DNA of 64,000 nt from Candidatus Omnitrophota bacterium (GCA_026387175.1 JAPLME010000011.1:1856-65855); one strand, 5' to 3'. Shown: positions 46,863 to 57,312, counted from the first letter of the stretch. The notes: generated from the sequence alone by a model not told the origin. Numbers and translations: made by a program.

Positions 46863-46873
46863 CATATCCAATA

Positions 46874-48241
46874 ATGATTAAAAAGATATTAATCATCTCC
46901 ATATTGCTGTTTACGCCCGCGCTCCCTCGCCTCTATTGCGAAGAAGCCTCTAAAACCGTCGACATCAGAACTTTCACATTAAAAGATTCCATTCGCACCG
47001 CCATCATGAATAACCGCTCCATCCAGATACAGGAAGAGCAGGTTGATTATGCCAGGGCGGGCATCATGTACGCTAAAAGCGCCTTCCTGCCTCAGGTGGG
47101 AGCGGGCTATAGCTATACGCTTAATGACTCCGTCCCAACATTAGTACAGCCGTCGGCCAACTCCAGAAAAGATCCCGGCGTGTACTATGGCTTTAAGAAT
47201 AATAATCTCGTCACTCTTTCCGCGAAGGAATCCATATATAACGGCGGCGCCGACATAGCCAGTTTAAAACAATCCAAGCTGACTCTCAAGGTCCAGGAAG
47301 AGACGCTCCGCGCCGCTAAACTCGACGTCGAGTTTGAGACCAGGAGGCTCTTTTACGGGCTTCTCCTGGGTTACGATACGTTGCGCATAGCGCAGGAGCT
47401 TGTCGATCAGGCCGAGGCCCATTATGAACATACTAAAACGATGTTTGATCAGGGTACGGCCTCAAAATTCGATGTCCTGCAGTCCAAGGTGCAGGTATCG
47501 AAGCTGATGCCGCAGCTTATAAGCGCGCAGAACGCGATAGACCTGATAATGGCCGACTTCAAAAAACTTCTCGTGATAAAAATGTCAGAGCCCATAGCCA
47601 TTGACGGGAAACTTGATTACAAGCTTATCGAAATCACAGAAGACGCGTTTTTGAAGGAAGCTTATGGCCGTAACCCGCAGATAATATTGAAACTCCTCGG
47701 CATAGATATCAATAGGTGGGCGATCGAATACGCGAAGGCCGGCTGGCTTCCCCAGATCAGCGCGTCGGCCAATTACACCTTCCAATCCGATAGTGCCACT
47801 AATATGATCAACCCCAGGCATAGCCTGTGGAACATAGGCGCGCAGGCATCGATCGCTCTTTTCGACGGTTTCGCGACGAAAGCGAAAGTCGACCAGGCCA
47901 AGGCGCAGTATAACCAGGCGCGCCTGGCCAAAGAGGATGTCACCGACCAGGTTGCGGTCGATATAAAGCAGGCATGCCTTAACCTGAAAGAATCGAAGAC
48001 CGTTATCGACTCGCAAAAAGACAGCGTTATCGAGGCGACAGAGGCCCTGAGGCTCGCGAATGTGCGTTTCGACAACGGAGTGGGAATAAACCTGGATGTT
48101 CTGGATTCACAGACATCCCTGGCGCAGGTGGAGCAGAATCTGGCCCAGGGAATTTACGATTATCTTATGGCGAAGGCCCAGGTCAACAGGGTAATGGGCC
48201 GCTTATATTCCGGAGAGGAGAATTATGGCACTGGATATTAA
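46874..48241 (+). CDS. TolC-like outer membrane efflux protein
   Basis: Signal peptide and two OEP repeats with coiled-coil segments. 455 aa. Confidence 0.8.
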   Translation: MIKKILIISILLFTPALPRLYCEEASKTVDIRTFTLKDSIRTAIMNNRSIQIQEEQVDYARAGIMYAKSAFLPQVGAGYSYTLNDSVPTLVQPSANSRKDPGVYYGFKNNNLVTLSAKESIYNGGADIASLKQSKLTLKVQEETLRAAKLDVEFETRRLFYGLLLGYDTLRIAQELVDQAEAHYEHTKTMFDQGTASKFDVLQSKVQVSKLMPQLISAQNAIDLIMADFKKLLVIKMSEPIAIDGKLDYKLIEITEDAFLKEAYGRNPQIILKLLGIDINRWAIEYAKAGWLPQISASANYTFQSDSATNMINPRHSLWNIGAQASIALFDGFATKAKVDQAKAQYNQARLAKEDVTDQVAVDIKQACLNLKESKTVIDSQKDSVIEATEALRLANVRFDNGVGINLDVLDSQTSLAQVEQNLAQGIYDYLMAKAQVNRVMGRLYSGEENYGTGY

Positions 48242-49115
48242 AGAGAAGTTAAAGGACAAGAGTCCCGGCGCGGTAAAAAAGAGAAGGAAGAACCTGGCGC
48301 TGTCACTTTTGGCGATCACGGCCCTGGTGGCCGGCGGCATTTTTATTTACAAGGCCATTACCGGCATCGAGGGCCTGCGCACTATAAAGGTCTCCGGCAA
48401 TATCGAAGGCAATGAGGTCAAGATATCCTTCAGAGTCGCAGGCCTTATCCAGGAACTGCTGGCCGATGAAGGTAATGTGATCAAGGTGGGCGATTGCCTG
48501 GCGCGGCTCGACAAAACTCCTCTTATACAGCAACGCGACGAAGCGGCGGCCGCGGTGAAGCTGGCGGAGGCGCAATACGAATTTGACAGGTTTGAGTATG
48601 TGCGCGCGGAAAACCTTTACAAGGAAGGCGCCGTCTCGGCTCAGCAGCGGGACGCGGCAAAGACGAAGGCCGATACCGACAAGGCCAACGTTGATAAACT
48701 GAACGCGTCCCTGGCGCTTGCCGAACTCAACCTGACCTGGGGAGACCTGGCATCGCCGCTCAACGGCTATATAACGGTTAAGAGCGCGCTTGCCGGCGAG
48801 AATATCCAGATAGCCGGGCCCGTCTTTACGGCGATCGACCTGAATGACATCTGGGTGAGCGCATATGTGGATGAGAAGGACCTCGGAAGGATAAAATTAA
48901 ACCAGAAAGCACATGTGAAGATCGACGCATATCCGCATAAAAAATATAACGGCTGGATATCGTTCATATCGCAGCAGACGGAATTCACCCCAAAATATAT
49001 ACAGACCACAAAGGAGAGAGTGAAGTACGTCTACAGGATAAAGGTCAAGGTCGATAATTCAAGCCTCGACCTGAAGCCAGGGATGCCCGCGGACGCGTAT
49101 ATAGATGTCGAGTAA
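48225..49115 (+). CDS. HlyD-family periplasmic adaptor (membrane fusion protein, YbhG-like)
   Basis: N-terminal TM, coiled-coil hairpin and beta-barrel domains. It overlaps the TolC-like stop. 296 aa. Confidence 0.8.
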   Translation: MALDIKEKLKDKSPGAVKKRRKNLALSLLAITALVAGGIFIYKAITGIEGLRTIKVSGNIEGNEVKISFRVAGLIQELLADEGNVIKVGDCLARLDKTPLIQQRDEAAAAVKLAEAQYEFDRFEYVRAENLYKEGAVSAQQRDAAKTKADTDKANVDKLNASLALAELNLTWGDLASPLNGYITVKSALAGENIQIAGPVFTAIDLNDIWVSAYVDEKDLGRIKLNQKAHVKIDAYPHKKYNGWISFISQQTEFTPKYIQTTKERVKYVYRIKVKVDNSSLDLKPGMPADAYIDVE

Positions 49116-49137
49116 AAACTCTATCTAACAAGGTGAA

Positions 49138-49908
49138 ATGTCAGTAATAAAAGCCGTCAACCTCACGCGTAAGTTCAATGACATGACCGCGGTGAACGGG
49201 TTGAATCTCGATATTCCGGAAGGCGAGATATTCGGCCTCGTCGGCCCCGACGGCGCCGGCAAGACGACCACTATGCGGCTCCTCACAGGTATCCTCGATC
49301 CCACCTCGGGTGAGGGATGGGTCTACGGTAAACATATCCAGAAAGAGGCGGAAGAACTTAAAGATAACATCGCCTACATGTCCCAGCGGTTCGGCCTTTA
49401 CGAGGACCTGACCGTGCTCGAAAATATAAATTTCTACGCGGACCTTTTCGGCGTATCCGAAAGCGATCGGCCGAAGAAGACAGAAGAGTTGCTGGGTTTC
49501 AGCAATCTGACGCCGTTCAAAGAACGCCTCGCAGGTAAACTCTCCGGCGGTATGAAACAGAAGCTGGGCCTGGCCTGCGCCCTGATACACACCCCCAAAG
49601 TGCTCTTCCTGGACGAGCCGACCAACGGCGTCGATCCTGTGTCGCGCCGCGACTTCTGGCGCATACTCCATCAATTATTGAAAGAGAAGGTTACGATACT
49701 CTATTCGACGTCGTATCTCGATGAGGCGGAGAGATGTAAGAGGGTGGGGCTCCTGCATAAAGGGCAATTATTGAGATGCGATACGCCGGAAGCCATAAAG
49801 AAGGAGCTGGGAGTCTCTACGCTTGAGCAGGCTTTTATAGCCATAGTAAATGAATATGAGTCGCATACCCTTCATAGCTTTCCTGCAAAGAAAGAGGGTG
49901 CAGGATGA
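49138..49908 (+). CDS. ABC transporter ATP-binding protein (ABC-2 type)
   Basis: Walker A GPDGAGKTT, signature LSGGMKQK, Walker B LFLDEPT. Confidence 0.85.
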   Translation: MSVIKAVNLTRKFNDMTAVNGLNLDIPEGEIFGLVGPDGAGKTTTMRLLTGILDPTSGEGWVYGKHIQKEAEELKDNIAYMSQRFGLYEDLTVLENINFYADLFGVSESDRPKKTEELLGFSNLTPFKERLAGKLSGGMKQKLGLACALIHTPKVLFLDEPTNGVDPVSRRDFWRILHQLLKEKVTILYSTSYLDEAERCKRVGLLHKGQLLRCDTPEAIKKELGVSTLEQAFIAIVNEYESHTLHSFPAKKEGAG

Positions 49909-50873
49909 GCCTTGTACCCGACACGAAATCCGATATTGCCGTAAGCGTCTCCAGCCTTGAGAAGACATTCGGGAATTTTACGGCGGTCAATAAGATCAGC
50001 TTCGAGATAAAACGCGGCGAGATCTTCGGTTTCCTGGGCCCTAACGGCGCGGGAAAGTCCACAACCATACGGATGCTCTGCGGAATACTCACTCCCACCT
50101 CAGGCTCTGGTACGGTCGGCGGTTTCGACATAATAAAAGAGCAGGAAGAGATAAAACAGAATATCGGCTACATGTCCCAGAAATTTTCCCTATACGATGA
50201 CCTTACCGTAGAAGAGAATATCGACTTTTACGGCGGCATATACACGATCCCCAGGGCGACGCGGCAAGCGCGGGAAGAGAGCATAATCAAGATGGCGGGG
50301 ATAGAGGAGTTCAGGACCTCGCTCACCAGGACCCTCTCCGGCGGATGGAAACAGCGCCTGGCCCTCGGCTGCGCGATAATACACGAGCCGAAGATAATAT
50401 TCCTCGATGAGCCGACGTCCGGTGTTGATCCCATAACGAGGGCAAATTTCTGGGGCATAATAAAAGATATGGCGAAGCGCGGGGTCACCGTATTCGTAAC
50501 TACGCATTATATGGATGAAGCGGAGAATTGCGACAGGATGACGTTGATCTATAAAGGCAATATGATCGCGATGGGAACACCGCAGGAGATGAAGACCAAG
50601 GTCATGAAGGACGAAGTACTCGAGGTGATCGTGCCGGTCGCGGAGGATTGGGTCGATAAGGTCCAAACAGCGAAAGGCGTCAAGGAGTCGGCGCTCTTTA
50701 GCACGAAGATACACGCGGTGGTCGAAGATTCACTCACTGCTATCCCGGCCATAAAAGAGATCTTCGCCGAAGGCGGTCTGGCGGATTACGATATCCGGAA
50801 GATCACGCCCTCGCTGGAAGATGTCTTTGTCTCATCCATCGAAGCGTACGATAAGGAGCATCCCTCCAAGTGA
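49905..50873 (+). CDS. ABC transporter ATP-binding protein (ABC-2 type) with a C-terminal extension
   Basis: Walker A GPNGAGKST, signature LSGGWKQR, Walker B IFLDEPT. Confidence 0.85.
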   Translation: MSLVPDTKSDIAVSVSSLEKTFGNFTAVNKISFEIKRGEIFGFLGPNGAGKSTTIRMLCGILTPTSGSGTVGGFDIIKEQEEIKQNIGYMSQKFSLYDDLTVEENIDFYGGIYTIPRATRQAREESIIKMAGIEEFRTSLTRTLSGGWKQRLALGCAIIHEPKIIFLDEPTSGVDPITRANFWGIIKDMAKRGVTVFVTTHYMDEAENCDRMTLIYKGNMIAMGTPQEMKTKVMKDEVLEVIVPVAEDWVDKVQTAKGVKESALFSTKIHAVVEDSLTAIPAIKEIFAEGGLADYDIRKITPSLEDVFVSSIEAYDKEHPSK

Positions 50874-52000
50874 ATTTAAGAAGAGTGAAGGCCATCGCCG
50901 GTAAAGAGTTCATCCAGATATGGCGCGATCCCCGGAGCCTGGGCCTCGGGATAGCCATTCCGGTCATATTGATAGTGCTCTTCGGGTACGCGCTCTCCCT
51001 CGATATCGACCATGTACCAATGGTCGTATGGGACCAGGATAAATCCAAAGAATCCGTAGACTTCCTGCTGAACTTCAAAAATTCGATATATTTCAGCATC
51101 AATGCCTACTATGATAATTACCGTGATTTAGAGCGGGACATAAATTACGGCCGCGCGATGATAGGGATGGTGATATGCAAAGATTTTTCACATTACCTTA
51201 ATTCCGGCCAAAAGGCCCCTGTCCAGCTGATCCTGGACGGCAGCGATTCGAATACGGCCCAGATAGCGCTCGGCTACGTGACCGCGATCACTTCCGCGTA
51301 TAATGTTAATGTCATCACAAATGCACTGGCAAAGGCCGGAGCGCCCTCCGTTAGCACGCTCGACTTCCGGCCGCGAATATGGTTCAACCAGGATTTCGAA
51401 TCCAAGAACTTCATCGTCCCCGGGCTCATTGCCATAATCATGATGATCATAGCGGCGCTGCTTACGTCACTGACGGTCGCCCGGGAATGGGAACGCGGCA
51501 CGATGGAACAGCTGATATCTACGCCCGTAAGGCCCGCTGAACTTATTGTCGGCAAATTCATTCCCTATTTCGCGATAGGCCTTTTAGATCTGGGGATAGC
51601 TGTTTTTATGGGCAAGTTCGTTTTTGACGTTCCGCTGCGGGGCAATGTTTTTCTCCTCTTTATATTGAGCTCGGTGTTTTTAACGGGAGCGCTTGCGCTC
51701 GGTATCTATATATCCACCGTGGCCAAAAATCAGCTCATGGCGAGCCAGATGGCGCTACTCGTATCATTCCTGCCGACGTTTCTTCTCTCGGGTTTCACGT
51801 ACGAGATATTCAATATGCCTAAGATAGTCCAGGCGTTCACCTATTTTATTCCCGCGAGATATTTTATCACTATATTGCGCGGCATATACCTGAAGGGCGT
51901 CGGGATAGCCGACCTATGGTTCGAGACCTTGTGTCTATTGCTCTTTACTTATCTGGCCACCGGTGCGGCCATAAAGAAATTTAAAAAGAAGATAGTGTAA
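50870..52000 (+). CDS. ABC-2 family permease (YbhS/YbhR-like)
   Basis: N-terminal TM, a large periplasmic loop and a six-TM bundle. 376 aa. Confidence 0.8.
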   Translation: MNLRRVKAIAGKEFIQIWRDPRSLGLGIAIPVILIVLFGYALSLDIDHVPMVVWDQDKSKESVDFLLNFKNSIYFSINAYYDNYRDLERDINYGRAMIGMVICKDFSHYLNSGQKAPVQLILDGSDSNTAQIALGYVTAITSAYNVNVITNALAKAGAPSVSTLDFRPRIWFNQDFESKNFIVPGLIAIIMMIIAALLTSLTVAREWERGTMEQLISTPVRPAELIVGKFIPYFAIGLLDLGIAVFMGKFVFDVPLRGNVFLLFILSSVFLTGALALGIYISTVAKNQLMASQMALLVSFLPTFLLSGFTYEIFNMPKIVQAFTYFIPARYFITILRGIYLKGVGIADLWFETLCLLLFTYLATGAAIKKFKKKIV

Positions 52001-52008
52001 ATACCCAT

Positions 52009-53139
52009 ATGCTTGACAGAGTCCTGGCGATATTAAAAAAAGAGTTTCTGCAGATCTTCCGCGACCCGAGGATGCGGATGGTGATATTTGTTTCGCCGCT
52101 CATCCAGGTGCTCGTTTTCGGATACGCGGCTACGATGGATATCACGCACGTGCCCATAGCCGTCTATGATATCGATAATACGAAAGAATCCCGGGCGCTC
52201 ATCCACGATTTCTCCTACTCCCAATATTTCGACATAAAGCATTACGTCAGGGAAGAATCACAGGTTAACGCGCTCATCGATAAATCGAGGGTATTGGCCG
52301 TCCTGAAGTTCAACGCGGGATTTTCACGCGACCTTGTCGGCAATAATCCCGCGGAAGTGCAATTGGTGGTCGACGGAACGGATTCAAACGCCGCCTCCAT
52401 AATACTGGGCTACGCCAATTCGATCATTACGAATTACAACCTCAGGGTCCTGTATGAACGGTCCCAGGTATATCTGGGCGGCGAACATAACCTTCCATAC
52501 GTGGATTTGCGCGACAGGCGATGGTTCAATGAGAATCTGGAGTCGCGGAATTATTATCTGCCGGGCGTGATAGTACTGATCGTGACCATAATGTCGCTTC
52601 TCCTGTCGGCAATGGCGATCGTTAGGGAGAAGGAGATAGGCACGATGGAACAGCTCATAGTGAGCCCGATCAGGCCCGTCGAGCTTATCGTCGGAAAGAT
52701 ACTGCCGTTCGGCGTGATAGCGCTCGTCCAGGTGACGCTTATAACGCTCGTCGGCGTCCTGTGGTTTCATGTGCCGCTGCGCGGCAGTATACCACTCCTC
52801 TTCATATGCACCATCCTGTATCTTTTAACGACGCTGGGGGCGGGGCTATTCCTTTCCACCATGTGCGCGACCCAGCAGGAAGCGATGATGTCGGTCTTCC
52901 TTTTCAATTTTCCCGCCACTCTGCTCTCCGGGTTTGCCTATCCGATCGCCAATATGCCGCAGATAATACAGTATCTAACATATCTCAATCCGCAGAGATA
53001 TTACCTTACTATAGTAAGGTATATATTTTTAAAAGGCGTAGGTATAGAAGTGCTATGGGACGAGATGCTGGCGCTCCTTGTTATAGGAGTTATCGTTATA
53101 ACCATGAGTTCACTGCGCTTCCAGAAAAGGCTCGGATAA
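52009..53139 (+). CDS. ABC-2 family permease (paralog)
   Basis: Same architecture as the upstream permease. 376 aa. Confidence 0.8.
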   Translation: MLDRVLAILKKEFLQIFRDPRMRMVIFVSPLIQVLVFGYAATMDITHVPIAVYDIDNTKESRALIHDFSYSQYFDIKHYVREESQVNALIDKSRVLAVLKFNAGFSRDLVGNNPAEVQLVVDGTDSNAASIILGYANSIITNYNLRVLYERSQVYLGGEHNLPYVDLRDRRWFNENLESRNYYLPGVIVLIVTIMSLLLSAMAIVREKEIGTMEQLIVSPIRPVELIVGKILPFGVIALVQVTLITLVGVLWFHVPLRGSIPLLFICTILYLLTTLGAGLFLSTMCATQQEAMMSVFLFNFPATLLSGFAYPIANMPQIIQYLTYLNPQRYYLTIVRYIFLKGVGIEVLWDEMLALLVIGVIVITMSSLRFQKRLG

Positions 53140-53172
53140 GCTGTTTTAATACTATTAACCCGGAGGATTTCG

Positions 53173-54750
53173 ATGAAAAAAGCGATCTTTATAATGGCGC
53201 TGACGGCAGCGGTCTTTCTGTGCGCAGGCGCGCGGGTTTTCGCGCAAAGCACCGACGATGACGTTGCGGCTCTCAAGAGAGAGCTTGCGGTCATGAAGGA
53301 GCGCATCTCCGCGCTTGAGGCCAGGGTGGCCGAGCACAGGGAAGTGCCTACAAGTGTTGTGGAGGCCGCTTGCCCTGCGATAGCCTCCGCGGTCAAGGAG
53401 CAGGTCAAGGAAGAGACAGCGCCCGAAGTGAAACAGATGTCCAAAGAAGCCACATTGGATGTCCTGAAGAAGGCCAGCGTAGAATCGGCTCTCGATTCGC
53501 AGGAAGTCCTCATCAAACAACCCGATTACCTGCCTAACTATATCACCAAGGGCCTCGAGTTCCACGGATACTTCCGGTCCGGCTACGGCGTAAATTCTAA
53601 GGGAGGGCATATGCAGGCCTTCCAGGCGCCTACTTCGCCCACGACGGTCGCGCCCGCGAAGTACAGGCTTGGTAACGAGCAGGAGACCTACATCGAAACT
53701 GTATTCCTGAACAGGAACTGGAACCCCGATCCCGAAGGCGTCACGATCGAGACGCAGATACGTGTCGCCTATCAGACACAGCAGAACCAGACCTGGGATA
53801 TAAATAATGAAGTTGTTCTGCGCGAGATGTACGCGCGGATGGGACATTTTCTGGATTGGGATCCCGGCGTAAAGGTCTGGGCGGGCCAGCGTTTCTGCCG
53901 GTTGCCCGAACTCGATATAATCGATTTCTGGTGGTATGACATGTCCGGCTACGGCGGAGGGCTCGAGGATATAGACTGTAATATAGGCAAGCTAGACGTT
54001 ACATTTATAGGTTATGCCTCCAATGATATCAATCTGTCGACCCACCAGGGAAGGCTTTCCAAGAGCAATATAAATTTTAAACTGGGCGACGTCGAGGTGC
54101 CGTACGGCAAAGGCATGTTCTGGGTAAACGGCGGCTATCTGAAGGGCGGTATAGATACCGCTAATACCAATTTGAAATATCCGAGTATGGGCGGAGTGGA
54201 TGTGGGTTTCATGCACTATATGCCGGGAGAGTTGAATAATAACCAGTTTGGCGCGCAGTTCGGATGCGGTTCGAACACCTCTCTTTCGGCGGGCGCTAAT
54301 ATACCATCCGGCTTTGATGACAGGAAGTCATGGAGGATACGCCTTACCGATATGTTTAACCGCCAGTTCACGCCTAAACTGAGCGCGCAGGTCGTGGGAG
54401 TTTATCAGTACACGGATTACGGCACTACGAGTAAGACAGGAGAGACCTGGGTGAGCTTTGGTATGAGGCCCATCTATATGCTGACCAAGCATTTTGGGAT
54501 TGAAGTTGAGCCGGGCATGGATTATATTAATAGTCCACAGCAGGATTACGATACGGCTCTCTTTAAATTTACGGCCGGCATACGTATTTCGCCGGGCACC
54601 ATATTCAACAGCCGTCCGGAGTTCAGGCTCTTCGCCACTTATGCCAAGTGGGGCGACGCTTTCAAGGGTAATCCCGCGCTCGGAGGAGACGCGTTCCTTA
54701 CGCAGACCGAAGGCATGAATTACGGTATCCAGTGCGAAAACTGGTGGTAA
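53173..54750 (+). CDS. Putative outer-membrane beta-barrel porin with an N-terminal coiled coil (DcaP/OprB-like)
   Basis: Signal peptide, a coiled-coil segment (ALKRELAVMKERISALEARVAEH), alternating amphipathic strands and a C-terminal aromatic (..NWW). It sits upstream of the sugar ABC transporter. Confidence 0.45.
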   Translation: MKKAIFIMALTAAVFLCAGARVFAQSTDDDVAALKRELAVMKERISALEARVAEHREVPTSVVEAACPAIASAVKEQVKEETAPEVKQMSKEATLDVLKKASVESALDSQEVLIKQPDYLPNYITKGLEFHGYFRSGYGVNSKGGHMQAFQAPTSPTTVAPAKYRLGNEQETYIETVFLNRNWNPDPEGVTIETQIRVAYQTQQNQTWDINNEVVLREMYARMGHFLDWDPGVKVWAGQRFCRLPELDIIDFWWYDMSGYGGGLEDIDCNIGKLDVTFIGYASNDINLSTHQGRLSKSNINFKLGDVEVPYGKGMFWVNGGYLKGGIDTANTNLKYPSMGGVDVGFMHYMPGELNNNQFGAQFGCGSNTSLSAGANIPSGFDDRKSWRIRLTDMFNRQFTPKLSAQVVGVYQYTDYGTTSKTGETWVSFGMRPIYMLTKHFGIEVEPGMDYINSPQQDYDTALFKFTAGIRISPGTIFNSRPEFRLFATYAKWGDAFKGNPALGGDAFLTQTEGMNYGIQCENWW

Positions 54751-54774
54751 ATTAAATATTATAAAGGGGGGACC

Positions 54775-55791
54775 ATGAAAAAATGCATCAGCGGTCTGGT
54801 CACGGTACTGGTGGCGTTATCATTCGTGTTTCCAGCGTATTGCGCGCAAGAAGCGCCCAAAAAGATAAAGATCGGAGTCTCTCTCCCGACGCAGCGTGAT
54901 GAACGCTGGGTCAGGGACGCGCAGAAGATGAAAGATGTCGCTAAAGCCGAAGGTATAGACCTGCGCATGCAGGTCTGCGACAACGATGCGTCAAAACAGA
55001 TGTCGCAGTGCGAGAACCTGATAGCCGCGGGGATAGACATACTGATACTTGCTCCGCATGACGCCACGTCGGCCGCCGCCATTGTCGATAACGCGAAGGC
55101 CGCGGGCTTAAAAGTCATATCCTATGACCGTCTTGTTCTTGACGCAGATGTCGATCTATATGTATCGTTCGATAATTTCGAGGTCGGCCGGCTGATGGGC
55201 GAATATCTTACAAAGCTCGTGCCGAAAGGCAATTATGCGGTATTCGCCGGAGCGCCGACGGACAATAATGCCAAGCTTTACAGGGATGGCGCGTTGTCGG
55301 CGATAAAGCCGTTTGTCGATAAAGGAGACGTTAAAATAGTCATGGACCAGTGGATAACCGATTGGCAGCCCACGATCGCGATGAACCTGATGCAAAACGC
55401 CTTGACCGCCAACAATAATAAGATAGACGCGATCGTCGCTCCTAACGATAACACGGCCGGAGGCATAATACAGGCGCTCGAGCAGGTCGGGTTAGCGGGC
55501 AAGGTGCCGGTTACGGGCCAGGACGCCGAGGATACGGCCGCCGAGAGGATCCTTAAAGGCACCCAGACAATGACGGTATTCAAGAATACGAAAGAGCAGG
55601 CTGCCGAAGCGATACACGCGGCAGTAAAAATGGTAAAGGGCGAGGATCCCAGCGCGACTTCGACGGTCAATAACCGGAAGAAAGACGTGCCCTCGATATT
55701 GCTTAAGCCCGTAGTAGTGGACAAGTCGAATATCGACGATGTCCTGATAAAAAGCGGTTTTATAAAAATTAAAGACACCGGCAAGAAGTAG
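54775..55791 (+). CDS. Sugar ABC transporter periplasmic substrate-binding protein (CUT2, ChvE/XylF-like)
   Basis: Signal peptide and a type-1 periplasmic-binding-protein fold. 338 aa. Confidence 0.85.
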   Translation: MKKCISGLVTVLVALSFVFPAYCAQEAPKKIKIGVSLPTQRDERWVRDAQKMKDVAKAEGIDLRMQVCDNDASKQMSQCENLIAAGIDILILAPHDATSAAAIVDNAKAAGLKVISYDRLVLDADVDLYVSFDNFEVGRLMGEYLTKLVPKGNYAVFAGAPTDNNAKLYRDGALSAIKPFVDKGDVKIVMDQWITDWQPTIAMNLMQNALTANNNKIDAIVAPNDNTAGGIIQALEQVGLAGKVPVTGQDAEDTAAERILKGTQTMTVFKNTKEQAAEAIHAAVKMVKGEDPSATSTVNNRKKDVPSILLKPVVVDKSNIDDVLIKSGFIKIKDTGKK

Positions 55792-55800
55792 GCAGAGCTT

Positions 55801-57312
55801 ATGAGCGAATATATTTTACGGATGATAGGTATCACCAAGGATTTCCCCGGCGTAAAGGCCCTGGATAACGTCACATTCAGCGTCAAGCCCGGCGAGATAC
55901 ACGCGCTCGTAGGAGAGAACGGCGCGGGCAAGTCCACGCTGATGAAGATCCTGAGCGGCGTTTATCCGGGCGGCACCTACAGCGGCAAGATAGAGATAGA
56001 TGACACGGAGAAGCGCTTTAAGAGCACCAAGGAGAGCGAGCACTCAGGCATCGCGATCATTTATCAGGAGCTGGCCCTGGTAAAGCAGCTTTCGATAGTG
56101 GAGAATATCTGCCTCGGCGGCGAGATCGCCAGGAACGGCGTTATCGACTGGGACGCGTCCTATAAGCTGGCGGAGGAGGTCCTGAAGAAGGTGGGGCTCA
56201 ACGTAAATCCTGAATTTCCGATATCATATCTCGGCGTGGGCGAGCAGCAGCTTGTCGCCATCGCGAAAGCGCTCTCTAAGTCCGCGCGGATACTGGTACT
56301 GGACGAGCCCACGGCGGCCCTCTCGGAAGGAGAGAGCGCGAAACTCCTGAAGATACTGAAAGAACTGCGCTCGATCGGAGTCACCTGCATATATATCTCG
56401 CACCGCCTGAAAGAAGTTTTAGATATAGCGGACAGGATCACGATATTGAGGGACGGCCGCACCGTGGCCACTCATGACAGGAAGGATCTCGACGAGAATA
56501 AGCTGATAGCCCTGATGGTGGGCCGCGAAGTCAGCAATATATATCCGAAGAAATCCCGTGTTCCGGGAGATGTCGTTCTCGAAGTGAAGGACTGGACCGT
56601 TTACGATCCCGACATCAATAAGACGATAGCCGACGTCAGTTTCAGCCTGCGGCGCGGCGAGGTCCTCGGCATGGCGGGCCTGATAGGCGCCGGACGCACA
56701 GAGCTCGTCATGAGCTTCTTCCGCTTCTGGGGAAGGAAGGTCAAGGGGCAGATATTCCTGGAAGGCAAAGAGTTGGAGCTGAAAGACGCCGGTTCGACCA
56801 TCGCCTCCGGAATAAGCCTTGCCTCGGAGGATAGGAAGCGCTACGGCCTGGTTCTCGATGAGGATATACGCAAGAATATATCCCTTGCCTCGCTCGACAG
56901 GATATCCAGATATACCGTCGTGAACGTCATAGATGAGATCCGGAGCGCCGAGCGCTATACGGCTGAGCTTAAGATCAAGACACCGTCGATAGAGCAGAAG
57001 GCCGGGAACTTGAGCGGCGGAAACCAGCAGAAGGTGGTGCTGGGCAAGTGGCTTATGACGATGCCCAAAGTGCTGATACTTGATGAGCCGACGCGCGGCA
57101 TCGACGTCGGAGCGAAAGTCGAAATATATAATATCATAAACGAGCTTGTCGATAAGGGAGTCGCGGTGATAGTTATATCGTCGGACCTTCCCGAAGTGCT
57201 CGGGATCTGCGACCGCATACTCGTTATGCATGAGGGCCGTTTCACCGGGGACCTGCCGGCGAAAGAGGCGACGCAGGAAAAGATAATGCACTACGCTACC
57301 GGAGGAGAATGA
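55801..57312 (+). CDS. Sugar ABC transporter ATP-binding protein with duplicated ABC domains (XylG/GguA/MglA-like)
   Basis: Two Walker A sites (GENGAGKST and a second, degenerate one) and two signature motifs (LSGGNQQK). 503 aa. Confidence 0.9.
   Translation: MSEYILRMIGITKDFPGVKALDNVTFSVKPGEIHALVGENGAGKSTLMKILSGVYPGGTYSGKIEIDDTEKRFKSTKESEHSGIAIIYQELALVKQLSIVENICLGGEIARNGVIDWDASYKLAEEVLKKVGLNVNPEFPISYLGVGEQQLVAIAKALSKSARILVLDEPTAALSEGESAKLLKILKELRSIGVTCIYISHRLKEVLDIADRITILRDGRTVATHDRKDLDENKLIALMVGREVSNIYPKKSRVPGDVVLEVKDWTVYDPDINKTIADVSFSLRRGEVLGMAGLIGAGRTELVMSFFRFWGRKVKGQIFLEGKELELKDAGSTIASGISLASEDRKRYGLVLDEDIRKNISLASLDRISRYTVVNVIDEIRSAERYTAELKIKTPSIEQKAGNLSGGNQQKVVLGKWLMTMPKVLILDEPTRGIDVGAKVEIYNIINELVDKGVAVIVISSDLPEVLGICDRILVMHEGRFTGDLPAKEATQEKIMHYATGGE

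Noticed and set aside
46357-46902. Four overlapping minus-strand ORFs of 64-112 aa in the long intergenic gap
   Set aside because: Their translations are low-complexity and Arg/Ser/Pro-rich, and they overlap each other in different frames. The region is treated as noncoding.
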